Notes: generated by a model not told the origin, from the letters alone. 64,000 nt of DNA from Acidimicrobiia bacterium (GCA_965203555.1 CBDBCY010000001.1:1-64000); one strand, 5' to 3'. Shown: positions 49,933-58,688, numbered from the stretch's first letter. Numbers and translations are program-made.

Positions 49933-50133
49933 CACAAACACCACCAGCGGATTTCCCGTGACATCATATCCGGCATAAACGATCACATTCAGCCTGTCCG
50001 ACTCGCCCGTACCGCTCCCGCCTATATCAGACAATCTCACAACTTGGTCGGGATACTGCAGCACCAACCTGACATCGTCAGGTGTAACCCCATACTTACA
50101 AGCCGACCGAGCTACGTATATTCGTTCCTTCAA
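49867..50133 (-). CDS. BrnT/RelE-like putative toxin, module copy D
   Basis: RSACKYGVTPDDVRLVLQYP...AGYDVTGNPLVVFVD...AFHS; GAGG RBS. Confidence 0.7.
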   Translation of the reverse strand: MKERIYVARSACKYGVTPDDVRLVLQYPDQVVRLSDIGGSGTGESDRLNVIVYAGYDVTGNPLVVFVDRFENMAFHSEPGLRRFGWLF

Positions 50134-50142
50134 CTACCTCGG

Positions 50143-50433
50143 CTAGGCGGCAAGGTCAGCCAACAGCCGCTCCACTTCCCCTCTGCGGTGGCGGTCAATG
50201 AGCATCAAGAGCTGCTGGCGCTCCTCCGGCGGGCGACAAGCAATATCCCTCGCCGCCTTGGACGGGCTCAGACTGTTCAATACCCTGCGCCAGTCCTCAT
50301 CGGTGTATCCGTCCGCTATAGCATCCGCCATCCGCCTTCCCAACTCCCACGCCCCAGAATCGGCAGGCTGCCAATTGCTGGGGTCTCGTCCCAATTCGGC
50401 GATACGCTCAATCTCTTCTTCAGGATAACCCAC
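50143..50433 (-). CDS. MgtE-N-like putative antitoxin, module copy D
   Basis: EEIERIAELGRDP...KAARDIACRPPEERQQLLMLID; -10 TATCAT 7 nt before CTG-GTG. Confidence 0.65.
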   Translation of the reverse strand: MGYPEEEIERIAELGRDPSNWQPADSGAWELGRRMADAIADGYTDEDWRRVLNSLSPSKAARDIACRPPEERQQLLMLIDRHRRGEVERLLADLAA

Positions 50434-50461
50434 CAGACGGAAAATGATACCAAACCCAGAC

Positions 50462-50574
50462 TTCCAGTGGTCTGAAAATCTCCTCGTCAACTGCACCATG
50501 GCGCCAGTTTCGAGATCCTCCTTCGAACCGAGCCGATAGTCCCTCGTGTTCCTCCTCCCACAGGAATTGAGCTA
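50462..50574. repeat. segment R2, diverged duplicate of 51297-51404
   Basis: TTCCAGTGGTCTG.AAATCTCCTCGTCA.CTGCA.CATGGCGCCAGTTTCGAGA present in both. Confidence 0.88.
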
Positions 50575-50620
50575 AGCCACCGATGGGAAGCCAACCGTGT
50601 TGGGCCTGAACGCGTAACAG

Positions 50621-51062
50621 ATCCCTACTGAAAGCCGCCGACCTCCCCCGCAAACGTTAGGCGGCTCCCCGCGAAGAAGATGAGCAGCTCAAGCTCCCAA
50701 ACGCAGCCTGTTTGGCCTGAGTAACGTCGACTCGCCAAACCGAAGGCTTCGGTAGGAGCACGAAGTGACGCCACATCCCCGAGTCCTGGGAGGATGTAGC
50801 CATCCGTAATCCTGGAAATCGGCTTCATAGCATCGTTTCAAAATCCTGGAAATGAAGGCGCTCATGCTGAGGCCGCGGGTTTCGGCTGCCCGGCTCACCT
50901 GCTTCGCAGGCTGGTCGTCAAGCGAAATTGTGGTCCTGATGATGCATCAATTAACAAGTTGTCATCACTGCAAACACTTGAACCCGTGGAACAGATCAGA
51001 ACAGCCTACCGAAACGACGCAGGCCAGTTTTTCGGAATGGAAGCCATGTTCTCGAATCTGTC
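50621..51062. repeat. segment R1', includes a CopG/RHH antitoxin-like pseudogene and the 3' tip of toxin D
   Basis: Matches 49497-49932; minus strand RTTISLDDQPAKQVSRAAETRGLSMSAFISRIL. Confidence 0.88.
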
Positions 51063-51573
51063 GGGAGCGGTTCGGTCTGGTTTTAGGACAGGAGTCGGGC
51101 GATGCGGGCGAGAAACCTCGCAGTGTCTTGGCCGCCCAACAGGTAACCCACCACAGCAACAATGCCGATAGCGATTATCCAGAAGAAGCGGCGGCGGCTC
51201 ATCTCGGTCTTACCTAGCACCGACTGCGCCGAGGACGATCTTCACAGTTCCTACGACCCTCATGCGCTACTAACCAAGACTAACACTCTCCGTTTTTCCA
51301 GTGGTCTGGAAATCTCCTCGTCACCTGCATCATGGCGCCAGTTTCGAGAAACTCCTTCGACCGAGCCATGACCCTCGTGTTCCTCCCCCACAGGAATCGA
51401 ACTACACCGCCGCTGCGAAGAATGCCACCGGATGATGTGACCTTGCAGGCCGAAGACCAAGTCGAGTTGAAGATTTCGGGCGAGAATCCCCAAACCGGTG
51501 TACACGTTGCGACAACTCAACGAAGACTTTTCCATGGTTCGACTGGTCCCAGCAGAGAATACAGACGCCACCA

Positions 51574-52806
51574 TCAGGAGGCCACTGACAACGTCGGATC
51601 CATCACTGGAACCGCACGGTCGGCTCGGTTGGCTATCCAGTCCGCCAACTTCTCAACCTCCGCTTCAACCTCGGCGGGCGAACCGGACAGGTCCACACCC
51701 CAGGTGTGCAGAACCTTGTCGGCATTGCGGACGGCGATCGAGCTCTGCCGGTCGGCGCCCGATTCGCGGCAATAGATCAGCACGCCCTCCGGCAGATCTA
51801 GAGCCGTGAGATAGGCGAGCAGCTGGTAGTAATCGGCGCTGATCGCATCTGCTTTGTCCCCCATGATTTTGTACTTGAGATCGCCCACGAAAGCGTTTTC
51901 GCCCCGCCGACGGAACACCAGGTCGGGACGAATGGGCACCTGCCCTCCCCGACCGAGGTGATCCCAATGCTGGGGCCTCACATCCAGGCGACCCCGGAGG
52001 GACCGCTGGAGCCGGTCGGTGACGAACCGCTCGAAGAGAAAGTTCATGTCAACCATGAACGAGACAGCCTGAGTTTCACCCGGGTCGTCCGTCAGAGTGA
52101 GATTCTCCAACAGCAACCTGGCCAGGCGCAGGGTGGGTTCGTAGTGGGCGTTGAGCCGATTGAAGTCGATTCGATCCAGCAGTTCGGGCACTACGGCCGA
52201 CGCGCTTACCTCTTCGAGGGTGATCCGCAGGCGGTGGAGCCGACGACGATCTTCGGGCAACACACCGGGGACCCGTAGAGACTTCAGGATGGCCGCTTTC
52301 AGATACCGGTTTTCCGCAATGTCGGCGGTGTATTCATCAAACCGGCAGGCGATCGGGTACACGATCCCGGCTCGGGTCATCTCGGCCGGGGTGTCGATCC
52401 GCCCTCGAATAGTTGACAGGCGATCGCGTTCCTCTCGGTAGTGCCGGTAGACGCCCCTGCGCAGGGATAGGTCGGCTGAGCGGGTGAAGAAGGAAACAAC
52501 TGCCGGGAGCAGATTCTGGTTCAGGTCATACTGGGTGGCAGCCTTCATCCAGTCCTGCTCCCTCAGGCCCACCCCCAAGAGCAGGAACAGGTTTTCGAGC
52601 CGGATCTTCGGCTTGATGTAGATCCGCAGGTCCTCCACCACCAGCGTGCCGACGTAGTGGCCGGCGGTGACCTCCCACCATCCCGGTTCGGGATCAGGAG
52701 CTACTTTCGTATGGCGGCCGGCAACGAGCCGCATTGCCACCGACCGGGACAACCGGAAACGACGAGTCTGAAACTCAGTCAGCCTCAGGGTCTCGGTCTT
52801 CATCAA
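51574..52806 (-). CDS. mcrC: McrC-family restriction endonuclease subunit
   Basis: FDEYTADIAENRYLKAA, DMNFLFERFV, RPDLVF...GDLKYK, YQLLAY. Confidence 0.9.
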   Translation of the reverse strand: MMKTETLRLTEFQTRRFRLSRSVAMRLVAGRHTKVAPDPEPGWWEVTAGHYVGTLVVEDLRIYIKPKIRLENLFLLLGVGLREQDWMKAATQYDLNQNLLPAVVSFFTRSADLSLRRGVYRHYREERDRLSTIRGRIDTPAEMTRAGIVYPIACRFDEYTADIAENRYLKAAILKSLRVPGVLPEDRRRLHRLRITLEEVSASAVVPELLDRIDFNRLNAHYEPTLRLARLLLENLTLTDDPGETQAVSFMVDMNFLFERFVTDRLQRSLRGRLDVRPQHWDHLGRGGQVPIRPDLVFRRRGENAFVGDLKYKIMGDKADAISADYYQLLAYLTALDLPEGVLIYCRESGADRQSSIAVRNADKVLHTWGVDLSGSPAEVEAEVEKLADWIANRADRAVPVMDPTLSVAS

Positions 52807-54631
52807 ACTGGGAATCTGCGGGCGAGGCGTCCGGCGGCGAGGTGGTGGTCACATAAGGTTTGCTCACTTCTTCCCAACGGAACTCCCTGACCCGATCCGG
52901 ATCGTCGAAAAACTGCTCCTCGATGAACGGCTCCACCGTGTATCGCCACACCATCTCCAGCCTGCCGGTCCTGTGGTCACTGATACCCGGCTTCATAAAG
53001 TGGCTGTGCCCCAGCTGCAGGTGCGGCCCGCCCAACAGCTCAGAGAGTTTTCCGTTCACCTTCGCCACCAACTCCCCCACCCACTGCTTCTCGCCGTTGG
53101 CTCTGAGCCAGCGTTCCAACAGCCCCTCCATGGGACCCTGGTGGGGAAAGAACGGCACAAAGTGGAAACGCCGACGCAGAGCGGCGTCAATCAGGGCAAT
53201 TGATCGGTCTGCGGTATTCATGGTCCCGATAAACCACAGATTGGGACACAACCCGAAAGGCTCGGCAGGCCGATAGAGCGGCAGCACCGTGTCATCCCGG
53301 TATTCCAGCAGGAACAACAACTCGCCCAGCACTTTCGGAAGATTGGCCCGGTTGATCTCGTCAATGATCATGACATGCCGATCATCGGGGTTCCGCGCCG
53401 CCCGCCGGGCGATCCTGCGCAGGGGGCCGGAAGTCAGCTTGTAGGTCATAGCGCCACCGTCACCGGTTTGCGGCCGATATCCCTCGAAGAAGTCCTCGTA
53501 GGACATTGAGGGATGAAACTGTACCAACGCCCGCCGAGAGTCATCCGCCGCCAAACACTCAGCGAGCCTCTTGGCCAGAAACGTCTTCCCGGTCCCCGGC
53601 GGGCCGTAGAAGATCACCTGGCTCTTGTCCTCCAACAATCCGACGATTTCCTTCAAGAATCCCCTGTCAACAAACAGATCCTCAGCCAACTGATCTATTG
53701 TGTCGTCCAGTGGGGGATCCGTCGGGCCATTCCCATTCGGCGGACTGGTTACACCGCTATAGAGATCCATCCACTTGTCCAAAGCCGGACGAAGTTGGGG
53801 GACAACGGTCTGCAACTCCGATCGCAGATCCAAATCGGTCAATTCTTCTTTGTCATACCATTTCCCATAGACAAAGCTCCCCATCCGGCCATAAAGATTG
53901 TGATCCTGACCGAATTTGCCACCACTGACATTGATCACCTCGAAGTCGTCAGGCTTCTCCCACTCCGACATGGATTCGATTATCTCGCGGTACCACCTTT
54001 TTTCCGTGCCTTTGCCTCCGTATCGATCGGGTGGGCCAATGCCTGGACGCAGACATATGGTCGCCCCGAGGTTATTGATCAATAGCTGCAGTGCCCCCCC
54101 ATACTGTTCCGGCACGGGCCATTGAACCTGCAAGTGCCAAGGGCGCTGCCCACGCTTGGGGATCTCAAGTGTCACTTTCCGCTCCAGAAGCACCGCTACC
54201 ACTCCCCAGAGCGTATGGCCTATATGCTGCGCGACGCTGTTCAAAGCCCGAGCATTGGCCCTCCGTGCCGCCTCTGATTCGGGATCCCACTTTCTGCTTG
54301 ATTCGTCCCAAAAGCCCAACCTGAACTCAAAACGCTCAACGAGCACGGGATCAAGCAGGATCGGGTTGTGCTTCTCCCACCAACTGGCTACCTGTTCAAA
54401 CCGCTCATGGTTTTCGTCTATGTCTCGAATTTGATTCAAATAGGCCTCGGAACGTTCGGAGGGATCACCTGGCAAGTCTCGTCCAGTTATGAATTCGAAA
54501 AACTTGGCAACGCTGCGCCATTGAGTTTGAGCTTCAACCGCTTCCCGATCGAGCTCGAAACGACGCAGATGCGCTTTGTACCACGGGCGACGGAAATCCT
54601 GCTCCTGTCGTTCGTAGGTTCTATCAGCCAT
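52775..54631 (-). CDS. mcrB: McrB-family AAA+ GTPase with unrecognised N-terminal domain
   Basis: GPPGTGKT, QFHPSMSYEDF, IIDEINRAN, GTMNTADRS, ALRRRF. Confidence 0.93.
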   Translation of the reverse strand: MADRTYERQEQDFRRPWYKAHLRRFELDREAVEAQTQWRSVAKFFEFITGRDLPGDPSERSEAYLNQIRDIDENHERFEQVASWWEKHNPILLDPVLVERFEFRLGFWDESSRKWDPESEAARRANARALNSVAQHIGHTLWGVVAVLLERKVTLEIPKRGQRPWHLQVQWPVPEQYGGALQLLINNLGATICLRPGIGPPDRYGGKGTEKRWYREIIESMSEWEKPDDFEVINVSGGKFGQDHNLYGRMGSFVYGKWYDKEELTDLDLRSELQTVVPQLRPALDKWMDLYSGVTSPPNGNGPTDPPLDDTIDQLAEDLFVDRGFLKEIVGLLEDKSQVIFYGPPGTGKTFLAKRLAECLAADDSRRALVQFHPSMSYEDFFEGYRPQTGDGGAMTYKLTSGPLRRIARRAARNPDDRHVMIIDEINRANLPKVLGELLFLLEYRDDTVLPLYRPAEPFGLCPNLWFIGTMNTADRSIALIDAALRRRFHFVPFFPHQGPMEGLLERWLRANGEKQWVGELVAKVNGKLSELLGGPHLQLGHSHFMKPGISDHRTGRLEMVWRYTVEPFIEEQFFDDPDRVREFRWEEVSKPYVTTTSPPDASPADSQFDEDRDPEAD

Positions 54632-54657
54632 GAATGACCAAAGATAGCGAAAGGAGG

Positions 54658-54942
54658 ATGACACAGGCCCCACCCTGGGGCGCAGGCTCTTCCGATCTTG
54701 CTGTTGCTTTGGAAGCGGCCCAGGCGGAGGCTGAGGTGGTGGCGGTTGGGCTGGGCCGGGCTACCGATGTCTTTTTCAAAGGTGATTCCAACCCGGGTAC
54801 GGAAGTGGACCACCGGTCTGAGCGAGCGGTTCTTGAGGTGATTTCCCGGCACACCCAGACGACCCCATGGTGAGAGAAGAGGGGAGGCAAACCTCGGCAA
54901 GCTCTAATGGAGGGCGCGTGTGGTTGGTCGAATCCCATAGAC
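54658..54942 (+). pseudogene. diverged 5' fragment of the inositol monophosphatase gene
   Basis: SDLAVALEAAQA...TDVFFKGDSNPGTEVDHRSE...GRVWLV aligns with 58710 onward; frameshifted. Confidence 0.88.
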
Positions 54943-55002
54943 CGCGACGCTGTGGTATACGTTTTGGTAGTCGATGAAGACCACTACCTGTTTTACTACC
55001 AA
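54943..55002 (-). pseudogene. 5' remnant of a NYN-domain ribonuclease gene
   Basis: KQVVVFIDYQNVYHS, the NYN N-terminal F-I-D-x-x-N motif; truncated at the IMPase fragment. Confidence 0.55.
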
Positions 55003-55017
55003 GTCTTCCAAAAAAAG

Positions 55018-55589
55018 GGGATTTATATACCTAAGTGGCGAAAACCGCCGTGAGCCAAAAGATAAGTCAGTGCTCGCCGCGGTTTTCCAGGTATCGCCAG
55101 TCCCTCTTGGGAGGCGCGGAGAGAACGGCACGAGCGATGTTCTCCGGCGTATCAGGGACCGGCGGAGGAAGCGGCTTCTCCACCGGATGGCCGCGGGGGC
55201 GCTTGGGTCAGGGTTTACTCGCAGCCGTCATGCGCCCTTCTTGGTGTTCGCCGAGAAGGCATCAGGACAATATGCTCACGATAGCAACGATGCTAGCCAG
55301 GTGATACCCCGCCATCCACATAAGCATCCGATTGAGTTCACGTCTGAACTCTGCCGTCACGCCCTTAGCGCTGGCGTCGATCTTGGCGTCCACCATCACT
55401 ATCCTGCTTTACTGACGCGGCGATCCTGTCGGGTTGCTCGCTGAATACAAGAGCCTGTGAACGGCGGAGGGTAGCAACCTCGAACTTCCCTGGGCCCTTG
55501 CCCATTCTCTCCATATATTGAAGAATAGTGGCGGCCTGTGACACTTTTGGTCAGAGGCCGGCTTCCCGCCACTTAGGTATATAAATCCC
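55018..55589. mobile_element. 572-bp non-autonomous element (MITE), IS1595-like ends
   Basis: Perfect 23-bp TIR GGGATTTATATACCTAAGTGGCG at 55018-55040 and 55567-55589; 8-bp TSD AAAAAAAG at 55010-55017 and 55590-55597; no transposase. Confidence 0.9.
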
Positions 55590-55636
55590 AAAAAAAGGCC
55601 CCGCCAGTGCGAACCCGGAGGTCCGGACGGCGGGGA
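55590..55636 (-). terminator. GC hairpin plus U7 tract upstream of the NYN remnant
   Basis: Minus strand CCCCGCC...GGCGGGG-CC-TTTTTTT; -10 TATACT at 55655-55650. Confidence 0.6.
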
Positions 55637-55686
55637 GATTTCGTAAAAGAGTATAAACCCTGCCGTCGGAAGATTACAGGTCTCAA

Positions 55687-55962
55687 CCATACCTGTCTCT
55701 TGCTCGGTGGCCTACCAAGTGTCCACAGGGTTGGAGGGTCCCCTCAATGGTTGGGGTTAGCATCACCATAGGCGATGAACTTTAGCGAAGGGGGTGTGAC
55801 AAGAGCCCCGCCACGGCTTTCCGATTTGGAGGTGGGTTTGGCGGCGGCTCAGGCGGGGGCCGAAGTGGTGGTAGCGGCATTGATCAGCCGACGGACGCCT
55901 TTTTCAAAGGGGACTCCGACCCGGTTACGGAAGTGGATCACCAATCCGAGCGAGCGATTCTC
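55687..55962 (+). pseudogene. duplicate of the IMPase upstream region and 5' end
   Basis: Near-identical to 58601-58790, then diverges; ends exactly at the IS terminus. Confidence 0.93.
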
Positions 55963-55971
55963 GGTAGTGGT

Positions 55972-56733
55972 TCAGTTTGAATCTACCACCCGAGTGACGA
56001 TGTCGGCGTGAGTCCATCGATGATCCGCTACCCCCGCGACCATTGCGGGGGTTTTGCCCTTTAGCGTTTGGTGGGGGCGGGCGAAGTTGTAGTTCATGAA
56101 ATACAGACTCATGCTGTAGGCGTGGTTGACGAGCTTCTTGGAGAAGGGGCTGGTGGCTCGGGCGTAGCGGCGGTTGCTCATCCGCAGGGTGAGATTCTTC
56201 CGTTCCACATATGAGGTGCGGGCGGTGGTGGCTTTGGGGTATTTGCGTTTGAGGATGCGATGTTCGACCATGCCGTCATCGAACGCGTTGTCGATGACGT
56301 CTAGGTAGGCGTCCAGTCCGTCGCTGGTTATTTCGATGGGGTGTGCGACGCGGGATGCGAGGTCTTTCATGAACGGCAAGCCGCTGTCGTTGGTGCGGTC
56401 TCCGATCCACCAGGCGGGGACTAGTTTGCTGTCGTTGCAGATCGCTACCCAGGTCCACACATCGCCGGCTTCGGGGGTGTCGGTCTGGGTTTTCTTTTTG
56501 GCGTAGACGAAGCTCCAGATTTCGTCTACTTGGAAGCGGCGGCATTCCAGATTGCGGATGGTCTGGTCTTGGTAGGCGGCACAAGCGATACCGGCGTCGC
56601 GCAAGAGCTTGAAGACGGTGTTCTTGGCGCATCCCGCGATTCGGGTGGTGGCGTTGATGCCCATGCCCTCGGTGAGCAGTTGGAGAATAAGAGCCCGTTT
56701 CTCGGTTGACAGCCTGTTCACTATGTGAACCAT
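55972..56733 (-). CDS. IS1-family DDE transposase
   Basis: NRLSTEKRALIL...QVDEIWSFV...ITSDG...TSYVERKNLTLRM...YNFARPHQTL...TPAM. Confidence 0.9.
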   Translation of the reverse strand: MVHIVNRLSTEKRALILQLLTEGMGINATTRIAGCAKNTVFKLLRDAGIACAAYQDQTIRNLECRRFQVDEIWSFVYAKKKTQTDTPEAGDVWTWVAICNDSKLVPAWWIGDRTNDSGLPFMKDLASRVAHPIEITSDGLDAYLDVIDNAFDDGMVEHRILKRKYPKATTARTSYVERKNLTLRMSNRRYARATSPFSKKLVNHAYSMSLYFMNYNFARPHQTLKGKTPAMVAGVADHRWTHADIVTRVVDSN

Positions 56734-56902
56734 ACTACCAAAGGGGGTGTGACAACCGTTAGGATTGAGTCCGGGGCCTCTGTCTAACCCTCAAAGCCTT
56801 CGACCGCTAAGTGGCAGAGGCCCCTTTCTCGTGCGACGGATTCGGCGGCGGAGCCGATTCCTACTCCCCGGCCCGCCGACCGGGGAATTCTATGTTGTGA
56901 GT

Positions 56903-57121
56903 CTAATTGGCGGTTGCCCAACGTTTGCGGGCGCCTTTGCGTCCGTTGGCGATTCGCTGTTCCATCGGAACAGCCTCATTCCGAGCCAACCCAGACAACT
57001 CGCGGCCCATCGGCGGAAGCGCATCGATCTCCTCCTGAGTGATCTGCCCAGTTGCCAGATCACCTATGAACTTGGCCCGTTGGGTGACATCACTAGGGCG
57101 GCGAGGCAATTTACCAGCCAT
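56903..57121 (-). CDS. small basic IS-associated protein
   Basis: RPSDVTQRAKFIGDLATG...RIANGRKGARKRW; pattern seen in companions of IS1/IS1595-type transposases. Confidence 0.7.
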   Translation of the reverse strand: MAGKLPRRPSDVTQRAKFIGDLATGQITQEEIDALPPMGRELSGLARNEAVPMEQRIANGRKGARKRWATAN

Positions 57122-57371
57122 ACGCGCCGATCCTAGTGGAATGCGTGTCTGTGATGGTCATGGCTATGACTATAGCAACCTGCAAGGGACATGGGTTTAG
57201 GGTTGTGGGTGATTCGTGTGGATCAGCGAGCATCCTTTGTCGGGTTGCTCGCTGAATACCATAGCCCCCGCCACGAGGTTGGGAGTAGCTACCCAACCTT
57301 GGGACGAATAGGAGAGACCTCACGCGCTTCGCGTTGATCCACACGACGACCCGACGCGAAAAGACACTCCG

Positions 57372-57833
57372 ATGGCCACTCCTCCACAGTGCCGCGACTG
57401 CGGAACGCTTGTGTCACGATCCGCGAAAGCCTTCCCCACTTGCGACACCGACGATCCCAGCACCAGCAGGGGACTCCGAGGATGCATGCTCACCTTCCAA
57501 GCCATCGTAGGCATCGCCGTGGTCTGTGGGTGCTGTCCGTTTGCGGCGAGATTGACCTGCCCGACTTCGACACCTCGACCAACACCACCCGCGCCGCCAG
57601 AACAACCAGAGCGCCGACCACTACCGTCGCTGTCGAAACAGACGCAGAATACTTGGATGCAACATTTGAACTGGCGCTGGCAACATTCGAGGTTAACCCG
57701 CTCTACCCCGTCGAGGCTGCCAAAGAACTGGCGTTGGCAGTCTGCGCCGAAGTTGGCTTATGGATCGACCCGTAGTGAAATCGAAGAACAAGTAGCGTGG
57801 CTGGCCGTGGAACAGGGTGCCCCTGAGGAGTAG
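57372..57833 (+). pseudogene. zinc-ribbon plus TM exported protein, probably frameshifted
   Basis: CRDCGTLVSRSAKAFPTC and a TM segment in one frame; Thr-rich linker and helical tail in others. Confidence 0.45.
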
Positions 57834-57873
57834 GCTTGGCGGCGGGGGTGATCGGCGGATTTGGGAGGCCCGG

Positions 57874-58110
57874 TCACAGCTTGAACAGGCGCTCGTACTT
57901 CCTTTCGAACCCTTGGGCGTGGAAAACCGTTTCGGTCTCCATGTCCACCAGGATCACGATAGGGATGCCCCGTGAAGTGAAACCCCCCACTGCCATGACG
58001 CCTTCCCGAGGAAAGTCGGATGCTCTTGCCTACCAATGAAAAAGCGCCCACACGACTTCCTCCTCCGAGAATCTCTTGAGTGCAGAGTCGAGGACCGTAT
58101 AGAACAGATC
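57874..58110 (-). pseudogene. BrnT/RelE-like putative toxin, module copy E, in-frame TAG at 58030-58032
   Basis: DSALKRFSEEEVVWALFHW*ARASDFPREGVMAVGGFTSRGIPIVILVDMETETVFHAQGFERKYERLF aligns with copy C. Confidence 0.82.
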
Positions 58111-58408
58111 AGGAGGAGGAGACTGCCGGCTCTCCGAACTCCTCGGCCATAGCCGTGGGGAGTCGGGACAGAATATCGGAGCGCCGGTCCCCTGCCAGCA
58201 GGCCGAGAACCCGGACAGCGAAGTCCGGCGTCCCGTTTGAAACGAGTCTGGCCTGTGTCTCGGGGGCGCATTGGAGAAAGGCCCGCTCCGCCACTCTGTC
58301 CAGTCGGACATGCTCCTCAGGAGTGGGCGGCCGGCCGGGCACATCCTCAAAGGTCACATTGGGGTCCTCGGAGAGGGCGATTATCTCCTCATGATCAAGC
58401 CTGGGCAT
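58109..58408 (-). CDS. MgtE-N-like putative antitoxin, module copy E
   Basis: MPRLDHEEIIALSEDPNVTF...RRSDILSRLP; -10 TAGGCT 7 nt before ATG. Confidence 0.72.
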   Translation of the reverse strand: MPRLDHEEIIALSEDPNVTFEDVPGRPPTPEEHVRLDRVAERAFLQCAPETQARLVSNGTPDFAVRVLGLLAGDRRSDILSRLPTAMAEEFGEPAVSSS

Positions 58409-58688
58409 ACGGATAAGCCTACACGGCCTCGGTTCGTTCGGCTGGCCGCTGGCGGGGGAGGTCGGCCGTACCTCCCCCGCCGTCGTTAGATGGCCACCAT
58501 TCGCCCTCGGCGGAATCTGCGGCTCGGACCTCGCCGATGACCCGATCATTCCGGCGCAAAGCCTCGCAGTCATACAGCGCCTGCATGAAGTTCCCGAATT
58601 CCATACTTGTCTCTTGCTCGGTGGTCGGCCAAGTGTCCACAGGGTTAGAGGGTCCCCTCAATGGTTGGGGTTAGCATCACCATAGGCG

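Larger units (their letters stand above)
55963..57140 (-). mobile_element. IS1-like insertion element with passenger gene; far boundary uncertain
   Basis: Terminus GGTAGTGGTTCAGTTTGA at 55963; transposase plus small companion ORF. Confidence 0.65.

Noticed and set aside
58030-58032. In-frame TAG in toxin copy E as pyrrolysine or programmed read-through
   Set aside because: No pyl genes in the window, the position is not conserved, and no clear start codon remains.
58419-58661. Small ORF divergent from suhB as a functional gene
   Set aside because: No recognisable motif; probably a junction remnant, noted only as a breakpoint in the suhB finding.
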